Source: Eledone cirrhosa
Lineage: Eukaryota
Assembly (NCBI GenBank): GCA_964016885.1
Contig: OZ024740.1
Span: 134,044,001 to 134,108,000, forward strand
Direction: 5' to 3'
Length of the DNA stretch: 64,000 bases
The translations under genes and the position numbers were made by a program. Shown here one piece after another: positions 23,301 to 34,944 of the stretch (positions are counted from its first letter, which is position 1; each line of letters starts with the position of its first letter). The notes under the pieces are model-generated. The model was not told where the DNA came from, did not search any database, and worked only from the letters and a program-made list of their open reading frames with translations.

Positions 23301-23810
23301 GCCGAGTAACCCCTTGAGGCTGTTGCACCCCTCTCTATCGGGACATGCCCCTGCATAGTCCCAACGTGCATCCAGGATACCATTCCAATCCCCCACTAAA
23401 AGCAGGGAACGGGACGTCCCTAGAAAAGACTCCAGACGCTGGAAAAAGTCGGGCCGCTCTGTCCGAAAAGGGGCATATGCGGCTATCAGCCTAAGGGCTC
23501 CACCTTCACCACTGCCAAGGTCCAGCACCACCAGTCGACCCCCTGGGTCCAAGTGAACTATCTGTGTTGCAAGGCCCATATGTTTTTGCAGCAGAACGAC
23601 AACCACACCGCCACCTCCGGGCTGACAGAGAGATGCGTGCATCTCAAAGTCGTCAAAGGTGGGGGCTAGCTGTCGCATGCTGCTGATCCGGGCCTCGCAG
23701 ATAACCATCACATTTATAGATTGTGACCTGAGGTCATTTAGAAGCATTGCTTGCTTCCAAGACGAGCCCAGGCCACGCGCATTTAGACACCCTACTCTTA
23801 GCACAGCCAT
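20373..23810 (-). CDS. LINE ORF2 polyprotein (APE endonuclease, RT, Zn finger); probable start MAVLRVG at 23810
   Basis: NARGL, GDWN, YLDR, SDH, PGLDG, DQSKAFD, QGCPLS, YADD, CPRC..H..C; start context CACCAACATGG shared with copy D. Confidence 0.96.
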   Translation of the reverse strand: MAVLRVGCLNARGLGSSWKQAMLLNDLRSQSINVMVICEARISSMRQLAPTFDDFEMHASLCQPGGGGVVVVLLQKHMGLATQIVHLDPGGRLVVLDLGSGEGGALRLIAAYAPFRTERPDFFQRLESFLGTSRSLLLVGDWNGILDARWDYAGACPDREGCNSLKGLLGRFDLADRFRLDFPTVPTWSWSNRSGSSRSYLDRFLVRNKDRDFLSCPEMLMVGYSDHKLVTCMVNLDRTHRQGPGYWKLNLSLPASRAYRNRISTLVKERLTGAIVNSRWWVSLKREIRVVSIEFSKVLAADRNRKERELIDRVEEAIRSGDVARVLASRTALSQFFDAKHEGCVVRSKIRALGNEGAKAVSWARVTEANSGTKSTIRSLRDLDGRAILEPKQMCEAFQRHFARLFGRGGEPVGNVDFGPYLDGLPRLSDREAKSCEEPISAAEIEDVLGQCGKRKSPGLDGLPYELYLAMPDLFPDLLEAVYCNWQQNGRIPCTVTKGVVTLVRKDENKGDEISNFRPITLLNTELQILAKVLAKRLALVVGNLVGDAQTCAIPSRSIHDNLHLMRYIIERVGNEPGFGGALINLDQSKAFDRVDHGYLDAVLAAAGFGPVFRGWITAMHSSRICSRVKVNGYLSEPFKIARSIRQGCPLSSLLYVLTLEPLLRKLELLQGIPLEPGLRKAVSAYADDVTVMVSTASEIEAVGTLLEEYEKFTGAKLNRDKSIGLQLGTWRGRPMPSDGVVGRWTEGPVKLLGVWFGPDLQVEKNWAEVTNRVFALTQKWASCKLSLKGRAEVANTYIASVIYYRLTVVPCPRETLTKMERALFQFLWKGRAPMVRRSICCQHPSKGGLGMPWLMMRKHALRLRHLYVFLTGQPVWASFVRRTFPRLVSLTELQSWVKQRPRKLGAWHTECAQALTALWQADPVISGDSTATFYRGLVRSRCDDALGEALDMEEDELASLFGRTFSPGPMDNFQKSLAWQCYRGALPVRERLYRHGRPGRDPAKKICPRCVCDEETVAHALVHCSGVADLWGYVEQLLSRVGPIRLTTESIVMIKPPPPFKDEAEAVFLCVIAMAKEVVWWTRLKGLRSGTFLSGQQLVRFFRYHFGRRIRMEREVLHPSRFYERWVKVARMARVNGPSLYISL

Positions 23811-23834
23811 GTTGGTGGTAAAGAGAAAAGGCAC

Positions 23835-25483
23835 TTACCTCTCTGCGTCCCGGGAAACGGGCCGCTCAATTTCCATGCTGGTTGGGGATGGGTTGTTGGG
23901 TGGGGTGGTGGTTTGTGGAAGTGAAGGGGCATCGGTGTGTTGTGGGGTTGGGGTGTTTGTCGTTGAGTGGGTGTCTGGGTGGGGTGGGGGGGTGAAATTT
24001 TTTAGGAGGACGCGGTTGATTGGTTTGGCGCAGGGGGGGCCCACGTCCTCCGTGAAATTTATTTTCAGTGTTTTGTACAAGTGCATTGGGACTTTTATCA
24101 TTTTCAAATGAGGTAGTCCCACAGCAGTTATAAAGTTTGGCCCTTCAGTTTGGACCGAAGGGTTTGCTGAAATTGTTTTCCGTAATTCTTTGTTGTCTGT
24201 GTTCATGTATGTGTATTGTAAGGTCTTTTTTTGTGTAGCAGTTAGTGTTGTGTGACAGGGAGGGGTGGTTTGTGTGTAGTTTGTGTTCTCTTGGGGGGGG
24301 TTAAAGTTAACATGTGTGTCTGTGGTGCGTCTCCTCTTCTTTCTTTTTACTTGTTGGAAGGGATCTTTTTCGTCTTGCGACGAAAGAGGTTCGTCTTCCT
24401 TGTTGGGTGGGAGGGGTATGTTTTCTGGTAGTGTTTGCGGTGTGCGTGTTTTTGTATTTGTTTTGGGTGGGGAGGGATTGGGTGGGACAGTATTCTGTGT
24501 TATTTTTTCACGTGTTTTTTGTTGTTGTTGTTGTTGTGGTGGTGGTGGTGGTGGGGTTGTTGGTTTTTGTTGTTGTTGTGGTTGTTTTTGTTGTTGTAGT
24601 TGGGGTGGTGTTGGTGTTGGTAGCAGTGTTTTTTTCTGTGTGAGCTGGGGACAGGCAGCCCTCAGGTGACCTCTATTGCCACAGAGGTAACAGGAGGGAC
24701 GCCTACCCTCCACAATAATGTTGAGGTGGGTACGGTCATCCAGCATGACGCGCTCAGGGATTTGGGCGATGCGTTCTGGCCTTATTTGGGTCAGAACTTC
24801 GAGGCTCGTTCCACTGAACGCGTCGCCGGATGCCTTCCCTATTGAGATGAGGTTGTCCTCGTCTAAATTGAGGAAACCGGTTAGTAACCACCAGTAGTTT
24901 ATGTTTGGGGTGATGGTGGTTATCCATATCCTCTGGGTTTTTTTACCCATGTAGGTGGGGAAGAAGGTGTAGTGTGTGGACCGAATTGGCGACACAGAGT
25001 ATTTTTTTGCCGCCAATTCGTCTTTCATCAATATGGATAAACTCCCATAGAGTTTATCCTTTTGTATGAAAGTGATGTCTCTCATCGCGTCTTTCAAGAC
25101 TAACTGAGTTTCCGTTTGAGATGGTTGCGCTGGTTTCTTTGTTTTATTTAAAATTGTTCGGAATACGACAGTTCGTAATTCCGTCTGTCTTTTTAGCTCC
25201 GGAGGTGAATGTATAGAAAACGATCCGTTTTCGCCAAAAGACACATATTTCTTGGCTTTTTCCAGCATTTCTTTTGCTTTTGAAATATCTTCCAGCACAT
25301 AAGCGACTGATAATTTAGCCGTTTGTGCAAAAGATATTTTGTTTTCGTTTTGGATATTAGTATTGTTTTGTTTCTCGTCGTTTGCGTTGTTTTCATCTTT
25401 GTTGTTGTTGTTGTCTTTCTCGTTTCGCGTGTGGATACTTGTGACGTTTGTGTTGTTGTTGTTTTTGTTGTCTTTATTGTTGC

Positions 25484-25524
<41 letters not shown>

Positions 25525-25697
25525 TCAAATTCTTGTGTAGTTGTGGCTACATCTAGTGGTCGGTCAACAGGTGAAGACAATTCTTCCTCTCTCTGACCTC
25601 TGCCTTTGGCATCTGCTGCTGTGACAGTGGCAGGGGGAAGCTGTGAGTATGACTTCCCTTTTCTTTCTTTGATTGATGGTGAAGATGCTTCAGCCAT
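23835..25697 (-). CDS. LINE ORF1 gag-like protein (start MAEASS)
   Basis: CCHC knuckle CYLCGNRGHLRAAC; Asn-rich and Gln/Pro-rich low-complexity regions; homologous to ORF1 of D. Confidence 0.9.
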
Positions 25698-25903
25698 TTT
25701 TCTCAAAATAGGGTTTTTCGAAGTTTTTCGAAAGATAAAATGTTCACAATACTATTTCGCCCAAAGGCGCAGAATATTTTGAGAGACCGACCAGATCAAA
25801 ATTTGACCTGGCAGTCCCTCTACAAAATGATACAAAAATGAAAGTTTACAGTTTACAATTTCCGTATGAATTTAAACAAAAACTTACCGAGCGAGCTCAG
25901 CAC

Positions 25904-25917
25904 AGATAGATAGATAA

Positions 25918-25971
<54 letters not shown>
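25904..25971. repeat. (GATA)n microsatellite
   Basis: Read directly. Confidence 0.97.
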
Positions 25972-28968
25972 CATTTTATTTTTATTTGCCACCAGGGCAT
26001 CAATAAGTGGGACAAGTACAATGGGGGAGTTTACATGAAAAGGCGTCCTCAATAAGGAGGAGGCAATAACAAAGTATAAAAATAAAATACAATATAACAA
26101 AATAAATTTTATAACAAAATCCTCAATAGGGAGGAGGCGCCTTGGGGGGTCGCACACACCCCCGAAAAAAGTGTGCAACCCTTCTCCTCAGTAGCATAGA
26201 GAGGGGGTGCTCCCTTGATCTTTCATCTTCCTCACCTATAGTCTGATGTAGAGTGAAGGCCCATTCACACGAGCCATTCTCGCCACTTTCACCTATCTTT
26301 CATGAAAACGGCTGGGGTGCAGCACCTCTCTCTTCATCCTGATCCTTCTTCCGAAATGATATCGGAAGAACGGACCAGTTGTTGGCCAGAGAGAAAGGTG
26401 TCTGACCTCAGTCTTTTCAGACGCGTCCACCATAAAACCTCTTTCGCCATGGCTATTACGCACAGAAACACCGCCTCTCTTTCGTTTTTGAAGAGGGGAG
26501 GCGGCTTGATCGTTACAATATACTCGGTGGTCAACCGGATCGGTCCCACCCTTGACAATAGTTGTTCGACATAGCCCCACAGATCGGCAATGCCCGAGCA
26601 GTGTACCAATGCGTGTGCAACGGTTTCCTCGTCGCACACGCATCTGGGATAGATCTTTTAGAGGGGTCCCTACCCGGGCGCCCGTGTCTGTAGAGCCTTT
26701 CTCGAACGGGCAGAGCCCCTCGGTAGCACTGCCAGGCCAGGGACCTCTGGAAGTTATCCATGGGTCCCGGGCTGAATGTCCTATCGAACAGGTTGGCCAG
26801 TTCGTCCTCCTCCATGCCTAGGGCTTCGCCGAGGGCGTCGTCGCACCTGCTAACCACCAGCCCTCTATAGAATGACGAGGTGGATTCTCCACTGACAGCC
26901 GGGTCCGCCTGCAGAGAGCCGTGAGCGCCTGGGCACACTCGGTGTGCCAGGCGCCCAGTTTTCTCGGTCTTTGCTTGACCCAGGATTGCAGCTCGGTGAG
27001 TGAGACGAGTCTGGGAAAGGCTCACCTCACAAAAGGGGCCCACACCGGTTGACCGGTGAGGCATACCTGGAGGTGCCGTAGCTTTAATGCGTGTTTACGT
27101 ATCATTAGCCACGGCTGCCCCAGCCCTCCTTTCGAAGGGTGTTGACAGCAGGTGGATCTCCTCACCATAGGAGCCCGCTTCTTCCAAAGGAATTGGAAGA
27201 GTGCGCGCTCCATTTTGGCGAGCGTTTCCCCTGGGCAAGGCACAACGGTCAGACGGTAGTAGATGACGGACGCTATATAAGTGTTCGCCACCTCCGCCCG
27301 ACCTTTCAGGGACAGTTTGCACTCGGCCCACGGGTCAGTGCAAACACCCTGTTCGTTACCTCACCCCAGTTTTTCTCCACCTGGAGGTCTGGTCCGAACC
27401 AGACCCCGAGCAACTTCACCGGGCCCTCCGTCCAGCGCCCGACGATGCCATCGGAGGGCATCGATTTGCCCCTCCACGTGCCGAGTTGCAGACAGATCGA
27501 CTTGTCCCGGTTCAGCTTAGCCCCTGTAAACCTTTCGTACTCCTCCAGTAAGGTGCCGATCGCCCCGATTTCTGAGGCCGTCGACACCATTACTGTTACG
27601 TCATCGGCGTAGGCCGACACCGCTTTCCGCAATCCCGGTTCCAACGGGATGCCCTGCAACAACTCCAACTTCCGCAGCAGTGGCTCTAGAGTCATTACAT
27701 ACAGAAGGGAGGAGAGAGGGCACCCTTGTCGGATGGACCCCGCGATTTCGAACGGCTCCGAGAGGTGGCCGTTCACCTTGACCCTAGAGCAGATGCGGCT
27801 GCTGTGCGTGGCATTGATTCAGCCCCTGAAAACGGGTCCGAAGCCTGCCGCCGCTAGCACCGCATCCAGGTAACCATGGTCGACCCTATGGAACGCCTTA
27901 GATTGATCCAAGTTGATCAGGGCCCCACCAAAGCCGGATTCGTTCCCAACCCTCTCTACGATGTATCGCATGAGGTGGAGGTTGTCGTGGATGGACCTGG
28001 ACGGGATAGCACATGTCTGCGCAACCCCCACCAGGTTGCCCACGACAAGTACCAACCTCTTTGCTAACACCTTGGCCAAAATCTGTAACTCTGTATTTAG
28101 CAGAGTTATGGGCCTGAAATTATTTATATCGTCCCCCTTTTTCTCGTCCTTCCTCACTAGCGTGACTACGCCCTTGGTCACAGCACAGGGAATTCTCCCG
28201 TTTTGTTGCCAGTTGCAGTAGACCGCCTCGAGGAGTTCGGGGAACAAGTCCGGCATAGCTAGATACAGTTCGTATGGAAGACCATCGAGACCCGGGGATT
28301 TGTGTTTGCCGCATTGGCTCAGCACGTCCTCTATCTCAGCGGCTGAAATGGCTCCTCGCAGGACTTCGCCTCCCTGTCCGAGAGACGGGGCATTTCGTCG
28401 AGGTATGGACCGAAGTCCACTTCCCCAACCGGCTCCCCGCCCCTTCCGAACAATCTGGCAAAGTGCTTTTGAAAAGCCTCGCACATCTGCTTAGGTTCAA
28501 GGATCACCCGTCCATCCTGGTCTCGGAAAGACCGGATAGTGGATCTACTCCCTCTTTTGGCTTCTGTCACGCGGGCCCAGCTAACAGCTTTGGTCCCCTC
28601 GTTACCAAGAACACGTTTTTGCTTCGGACGATGCAGCCTTCGTGTTTCGCGTCGAAGAACTGGCCCAGGGCCGTTCTCGACGCTAGCACTCTGGCCACGT
28701 CGCCGCTTCTAATTGCCTCTTCTACATTATCTACCAACTCCCTTTCCTTCCTATTTTTATTTGAGGCTAACTCCTTACTAAATTCTATAGAGACTACTCT
28801 AATCTCTCTTTTGAGAGATCCCCACCACCTGCTGTTGACGATGGCGCCCGTCAACCGCTCCTTAACTAAAATGCTAATTCGGTCGCTGTAAGCCTTACTT
28901 GCCGGTAAGGATAAGTTGAGCTTCCAGTAACCGGATCCCTGTCTATGCCTTCTGTCAAGGTTGACCAT
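25972..28968 (-). mobile_element. 5'-truncated, frameshifted Tx1-type LINE, copy G
   Basis: ORF2 broken into several frames (28567-28968, 27819-28484, 27306-27776, 27022-27291, 26334-26639); 3'UTR like C and F. Confidence 0.92.

Positions 28969-29038
<70 letters not shown>
28969..29038. repeat. Terminal (GATA)n tract, followed by unique flank
   Basis: Read directly; no LINE 3' end lies to its right. Confidence 0.97.
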
Positions 29039-29300
29039 ATGCGAAGTGAGTTTAAAACCAGTGTTGTGTTGAAAGGACGAAGAAAACAAAAATGGAAAAT
29101 TAGAAACATCAACAGATATAATTGAGGCAAGATGTAGTAACAGGTAGTCAATAATTAGGACATATTAAGAAGGAAAAGTGTATAACGAAACAGAGAAAAA
29201 GCTAGTAAAAATCTGAATAAATTTAAACTGATGAGTAAAGGAATTTGCTGAAGTTAGGGGAGAAGAACTGGAATGGAAAAGAACCGAAGAATGTTATATT

Positions 29301-30350
29301 ATTTTCAAATTTAGGCACAAGACTAGCAACTTTTGAAGTAGAGCAAAATTGATTATATCCACATCAGTTACTTGGTTGTTTTGACCCAGGGGGGGTAAAA
29401 GACAAGGTTAACCTTTGCAAGATTTGAACACAGAATATAATGAGCTAGAACAAACACTTTAATTTAACCCTCTACGAAAGCTGCTAATCGAACACCCTTT
29501 GATTTCTAATTTCGGCCCAAGGCCAGTAATTTTTTTTGTGAGGGCGGGGGAGTAAAGTTGATTATATCAACCCTATTATTGGGCTGATATTTTATTTATC
29601 GACCTCGGAAAGATGAAAGGTAAAGGTAACTATGCCAGGATTTGAATTCAGAACGTAAAGGGCCATAATACTGTACAACAATAGCAACTACTACTTCTTG
29701 AAGACGACGGTAGTAATAATGATTTCTAATTTTGGCATAATGCCAACAATTTGGAGATAGGATGAACAATCGATTAAATCAACCTAGTACATAACTGGTA
29801 CTTTATTTCATCAAGCCCGGAAGAGATGAAAAGCAAGTTTGTTCTCACCGGCATTTGAAATCAATATAAAGTATGAACAACTACTGCAACGCATTTTAGC
29901 CGGCGCACAAATGATTCTTTTGATTCAATGATTTCTAATTTAAGCACATGACCAACCATTTTGGCTGCAAAACATTTTGTCCGATACTGTAAGAATTCTG
30001 CCAAGCCACCGTCCTAATTTATAATTCAGGAACAAGGCCAGCGCTTTTGTTACGACTGGTAAGACGATTATTCTGATCTCAGTACTAAATTGGGACATTA
30101 TTTTATCGACCTAGGTGAAATCCAAACTTGACCTCGGTGTGATTTGAAACTAGAATGTATTTCATACGACACACTAACAATTCTGCTAATCCCACTAGTA
30201 ATATTTCTTTCTGAGATTGGCTAGCAATATGTGGGTGAGGGAAGAGCCGGTTGAAACGACCACTACCTCTCTGATACATTATTTTAATCGACCCCGGAAT
30301 AATGAAAGGCAAATTTGACCTCGGAGGGACTTGAACTTAGAATCTAAAGA
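29301..30350 (-). mobile_element. Cluster of about five old head-to-tail tRNA-SINE copies
   Basis: Repeated diverged blocks GGCACAAGGCCAGCAA...TTATCGACCYCGG..ATGAAAGG..GATTTGAAYTCAGAA (reverse B box) at about 29301, 29501, 29721, 30021, 30205; homologous to 34517-34900. Confidence 0.7.
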
Positions 30351-31087
30351 GCTGTAATTAAATGCTGTCGGACGCTTTAACAGCTTTACCAATTCAATGC
30401 CTTCTTAGAAGTAGTAATTATAATATCAATTATACTGTTGATAAATCATATAGAATTTCTAGAATTATCACGAAATTATGAAGGAATGAAGTCAACTTAA
30501 ACCGTTCAAACAAGCAATTGATAAATCTAATACGTGGCAAATGACTTCACCAGTTCAGCTTTGTCACTATATTTTAACGACTTATTCAGAGGAGAAGAAA
30601 CACCGCCCACAGTCTTTACAGGGCCTCCGAGACAGGGGAGGCAGAATATGATAAACAACAACTTATGGATTATCCTGAAAGTAAAGACCTGGTTAGAACG
30701 CTAATAGGAGAATCGATTCTACTTAGGTCGCTCAAAGGTGTGGGTGGAAAAGCAGGCAATTGATTAAATCTACTGCAGTTCCCTTGACCCTGGAATTTGA
30801 ACAATTTATTATTTTGATATGAGGCATTTGACGTTGTAAATGTAATAGGCCTGCACAAAATTTCAAGCACAAAGATTTCTTGTAACGTATGATAAAATGG
30901 CATTTTGCATCTAATTTCATTTTTATTTAATATCTGCGTGAATATTGTTGCACTTGTTTGGCTACAGTATCCAGTGGTTTTATTATGCTTTTGCAAAGGT
31001 TTTACCGTTTTGCTTAATCCATATGAAATTAAATGGGCCTTCAGCGGGTTGTATGGGAAATGTTCCACAATTAAATTAACAACCTAG

Positions 31088-31365
31088 CTGGGAAATTAAC
31101 GCGCAAGTGGCTGAGAATCAGAGAGACACGTGTACATAATTCTCAGGGAAATTCGGTGTGTCATAGTATGTGAAAAAAACCTAGTCATTTTAAATTACAG
31201 TTACTGTCTATCTGATGGGCTTCCAAAGACGTTCCCGTCACCCACAAGGTTTTAGTTGACTCGTGGTTATGGAAAATGACACCTGTCAAAGATGCCACTC
31301 TGTAGGATCTAACTAGTTACCTCATTATTCCGATGAGAACTATTTAACCATTTGACAAAGCTCCG
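31088..31365. mobile_element. Degenerate SINE-like fragments
   Basis: GCAAGTGGCTGAG..GACACGTGTAC..TTCTCAGGGA and GACACCTGTCAAAGATGCCAC..GGATCTAAC resemble cephalopod SINE sequence as I recall it; no second copy in the window. Confidence 0.35.
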
Positions 31366-32325
31366 TCTACCTAATCCAAGTATGTGGAGACATATCCGTG
31401 CATAGATGTGTGTGCATGCGTTTGTGTCCATATCTATGTTTACGTTTGCGTTTGTGACTTCCCGTAACTTATTGATTCCAGAAAACGAGATTTTTAAAAT
31501 ACGTAATAGACTTACGAAAATAGGTAATAGGGTCGATATGATCAACTAACTCAAGGGTTTTCTCCGCATGGTCGCCGTCCAGAGAACGAAATTAGTAAAT
31601 GAATATAAGAATATAATCATCATTTTATTTTTCGGGAGATGGCGTGGACATTGCAGTAGTAATGAGATTGGAGGAGCTAAAAATGTGCCAAGAGCTCAAA
31701 ACCATTTTAATTTCCGGCTGTTAATATGTTATACTTAATTCATATCACTAATGTCTTTCAGAATGATATTATATCAATTACTACAATGCTATTTCACCAA
31801 CCGCAATAAATCTTGCGCCATACCCTTTTACATTAAATAAGCTGATGAAAGCTATAAATGGTGAAATATATTCGAATTTTAGTCTAAATATAAATATTTC
31901 AATTTTACTTAAATAGTTTTCTTTTGAATTCCAAGACTGATAAATCGGCTATCTATATATTACTAAAATTCTGTGATTGATTGCTTGCTTGTCTGTGATG
32001 TAATACAACCAAAAGGGTGCATAATGGGAAAATACTTTAAAAAGAAGTAGACTCTGAGTGGGAATACAAATGGAATAAAACAAGTTTCGCATAAATCGGA
32101 CCACGGGTTCCCGAGATATGGGTTTTTTCCAGGTACCTTCATAAACAGAGAGAGATGTAAAGAGAAGCATAGAGAGAGGGGAAGGAGACAGAGAAGGAAC
32201 ATGGAGGAGAGAGAGCTGGTGGTGTAGTTGTGCATATATATATATGTGTGTGTGTGTATATATATGTGTTTGTGTGTGTGTATTTATGACCAGTGTATAT
32301 AGATCACAGATACCCACATATATAT

Positions 32326-32357
<32 letters not shown>

Positions 32358-33189
32358 GTGTGTATACAAACACACACATTTATACATATACATACACACA
32401 CGTATATATATGGGCTTTCCAGTTTCATTTCACATTATATATATGTCTGTGTATATTTTGATTATTTAAAAATTATTTTTAAGTGAACATGATTTTTTAG
32501 AAGTATTTTGAAGTGAAGGTAACCCAACGGGTCATGAGTGGTCTAGTAGGAAATAAAAGTATAAAAACGAATTTTATACTTCCTAACTTTCCATTATGTC
32601 ATGGATTACCACCAATTATCTTACATACGAGGTGATTCTAATTAGACTAAACTTTAAAAGCATCGTTTTGGCTCCTAACTAAAGCATCTTCAATTTCTGA
32701 GTAATTCTACTCTACTATAGTTCAAAACTGAAAAAAATCAAATGCACATGAATTAAGCCAGGAATTTCAAATTCTGGTTTACTAAATACCCTATCCTATG
32801 AGAGAACAAATTATATTTTCTTATATATCCTCAGACTACGTCGGCCACATCATTTTAAATACAATCCAGTTATTTTTTGTATAATAATATTTTAACTAAT
32901 TTGATAAAATGATTTACCCTTTTAAGAGTGGTTTAATGTATAGACTTCATTGTTTTTTTGTTTTGTTTTTTTGTGTCTGTCATCTCTTACCGATGTGGTT
33001 TTCATCTCAATGTATACTGTAGACCACTTCAAACTAGAGTAACCTCTGCAATGATGTATTTTTATCACATTATGTTATCTATGATTTTAGCATTTAGAGG
33101 CAACTGTATACTAATATAAATCGGATGGACATTATACACTTGTGTTGTCTACATGAATATTTATATTATACTCTTATTTCGATCTGATA

Positions 33190-33228
33190 GAAGAAGAAGA
33201 AGAAGAAGAAGAAGAAGAAGAAGAAGAA
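33190..33228. repeat. (GAA)n microsatellite
   Basis: Read directly. Confidence 0.95.
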
Positions 33229-33307
33229 TCGACTTCCTATGGCGGTCAACTTTTCTGGGCCAGCAAATATAATGCCAGTTCAGTTTTGGAGTCGATACTT
33301 TTGTTTA

Positions 33308-33407
33308 TATCGCCGTATTTTGACTAAAGAAATTATTTTCCATTTCTCCGGGGGTTCTTAACCCCACTATCAGGCTAAATAATTTCTTTAGTCAAAATAC
33401 GGCGATA
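33308..33407. repeat. Perfect 31-bp inverted repeat with 38-nt loop
   Basis: TATCGCCGTATTTTGACTAAAGAAATTATTT (33308-33338) / AAATAATTTCTTTAGTCAAAATACGGCGATA (33377-33407). Confidence 0.9.
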
Positions 33408-33496
33408 GCTTATATTTCTAATTTCAAACTCGCTCACTGTTTCGAAAACATACTTACTTATATATATATATATGTGTGTGTGTGGGGGGGGGGGGG

Positions 33497-33860
33497 TATA
33501 CTATACATACATTCATGTATACATCGCTATTTCAGAGCACCAATCCTAATACCTAATTTTTTGCTGGACCGGCAATCGGTCTATATAATCAGCTCCTGAT
33601 TATTACTGGAATTCTATAAGAATCCAGCTTCTATAATTTTTGACGAAGACATGGAGTGCGTGGCTCTGATGATCACCAACAGCGTAGAAACAGACTGTTA
33701 GCTTCTCTCCCTTCTTTCGCCGAAAAGAAGTAAGTGACATAGTCAGTACTTTAAAACCGATAGCGTATGGTTTTCAAAATGTTTTTAATCAATCATATGG
33801 TATATTGCCAAATATACTATACATACATTCATGTATACATCGCTATTTGAGAGCACCAAT

Positions 33861-33863
<3 letters not shown>
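33497..33863 (+). mobile_element. 316-bp hammerhead-containing unit with a 51-bp terminal direct repeat (PLE pseudo-LTR or retrozyme-like)
   Basis: 33497-33547 equals 33813-33863 (1 mismatch); internal hammerhead motif; followed by (TA)n. Confidence 0.65.
33663..33702 (+). ncRNA. Type I hammerhead ribozyme motif (degenerate stem II)
   Basis: GCT-CTGATGA-(14 nt)-GAAAC-AGACT-GTT-AGC; stem I GCT/AGC. Confidence 0.55.
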
Positions 33864-33943
<80 letters not shown>

Positions 33944-34280
33944 GAATTTAAACAGTCATTTACAATTAATTAGCTCAAAGAAAGAAGCATTTCTGAGCCG
34001 TGAAATACAAGTTAATTGCGAAACATATTTAAGTTTTGAGGTTCAAATTCATCTACGGAGCAGGTTTGGATTTTGAAATTTAAATTTGTCCAGGAATCAC
34101 GGCTTTTGCCAATATAAGCTTGTTTTTATTGATTTATATCGAGACAAACAAACTATATTTATTTTAATTAGTTTATTTCATTCTAGCTGACTTAGTCTTT
34201 TGCAATGCAAACACTTATGTGTTTATAATATATCAATTTATATTAACTTGTATATATATATATATATATATATATTTATT

Positions 34281-34510
34281 TATTTATTAAAATAACAGAT
34301 TAAAGTTTAAGCAAAGAATCGCTGCTTTCACCCTTAACGGGATCTTCAGAAGATCCAGTTAAGGGTGAAAGCAGCGATTCTTTGCTTAAATGTTAATCTG
34401 TTAATTTAATAAATATTTGCTCTAGCGTTCTTATATTATTTGATATATATTTATCCTTATCGAGTATCGAGCCCTCTTTGGATTTTAGACTTCAAATTTA
34501 TTATTATTAT
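34281..34510. mobile_element. PLE-terminus fold-back: about 65-bp arms (34281-34415) plus a one-sided tail of about 95 nt
   Basis: Near-perfect palindrome containing CTGAAGA-TCCCGTTAAGGGT-GAAAG; same family as 43041-43292; abuts (TA)n. Confidence 0.7.
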
Positions 34511-34516
34511 TACTAC

Positions 34517-34900
34517 GGTGGATTGGCAGTATCGGTAGAGAGTCAGATGCCATGCGTTGACGCATTGAGTTACGGCCCTTGCCATTCTGAGTTCAAATCC
34601 CGCCGAGGTTAACTTTGCCTTTCATCCTTACGGGGTCGATAAAATAAAGTACCAGTAATACACTGGGTATTTGCTGGCCTTGTGCCAAAAGTAGAAACAA
34701 TTATTACTACGGTGGATTGGCAGTATCAGTAGAAGGTCGGACGCCATGCTTACCAGCATAGTTACGTCCCTTTACGATTTGAGTTCAAATCCCGCCGAGG
34801 TTAACTTTGCCTTTCATCCTTACGGGGTCGATAAAATAAAGTACCAGTAATGCACTGGGTATTTTGCTGGCCTTGTGCCTAAAGTAGAAACAATTATTAC
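34517..34900 (+). mobile_element. Tandem dimer of a tRNA-derived SINE (34517-34710, 34711-34900)
   Basis: A-box-like TGGCAGTATCGG, B box GAGTTCAAATCC, core GCCTTTCATCCTTACGGGGTCGATAAAATAAAGTACCAG (resembles Meta-type SINE core), ATT-rich tail; more copies at 49597 and 61462. Confidence 0.85.
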
Positions 34901-34912
34901 TATATATATATT

Positions 34913-34944
<32 letters not shown>

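Larger units (their letters stand above)
20109..25903 (-). mobile_element. Full-length Tx1/L1-clade LINE, copy F (about 5.8 kb), potentially active
   Basis: 5'UTR of about 205 nt, intact ORF1 and ORF2, 3'UTR ending in AATAAA; (GATA)n on both flanks. Confidence 0.95.

Noticed and set aside
34517-34605. tRNA gene (A and B boxes)
   Set aside because: No cloverleaf; continues into SINE core and tail; dispersed copies have TSDs
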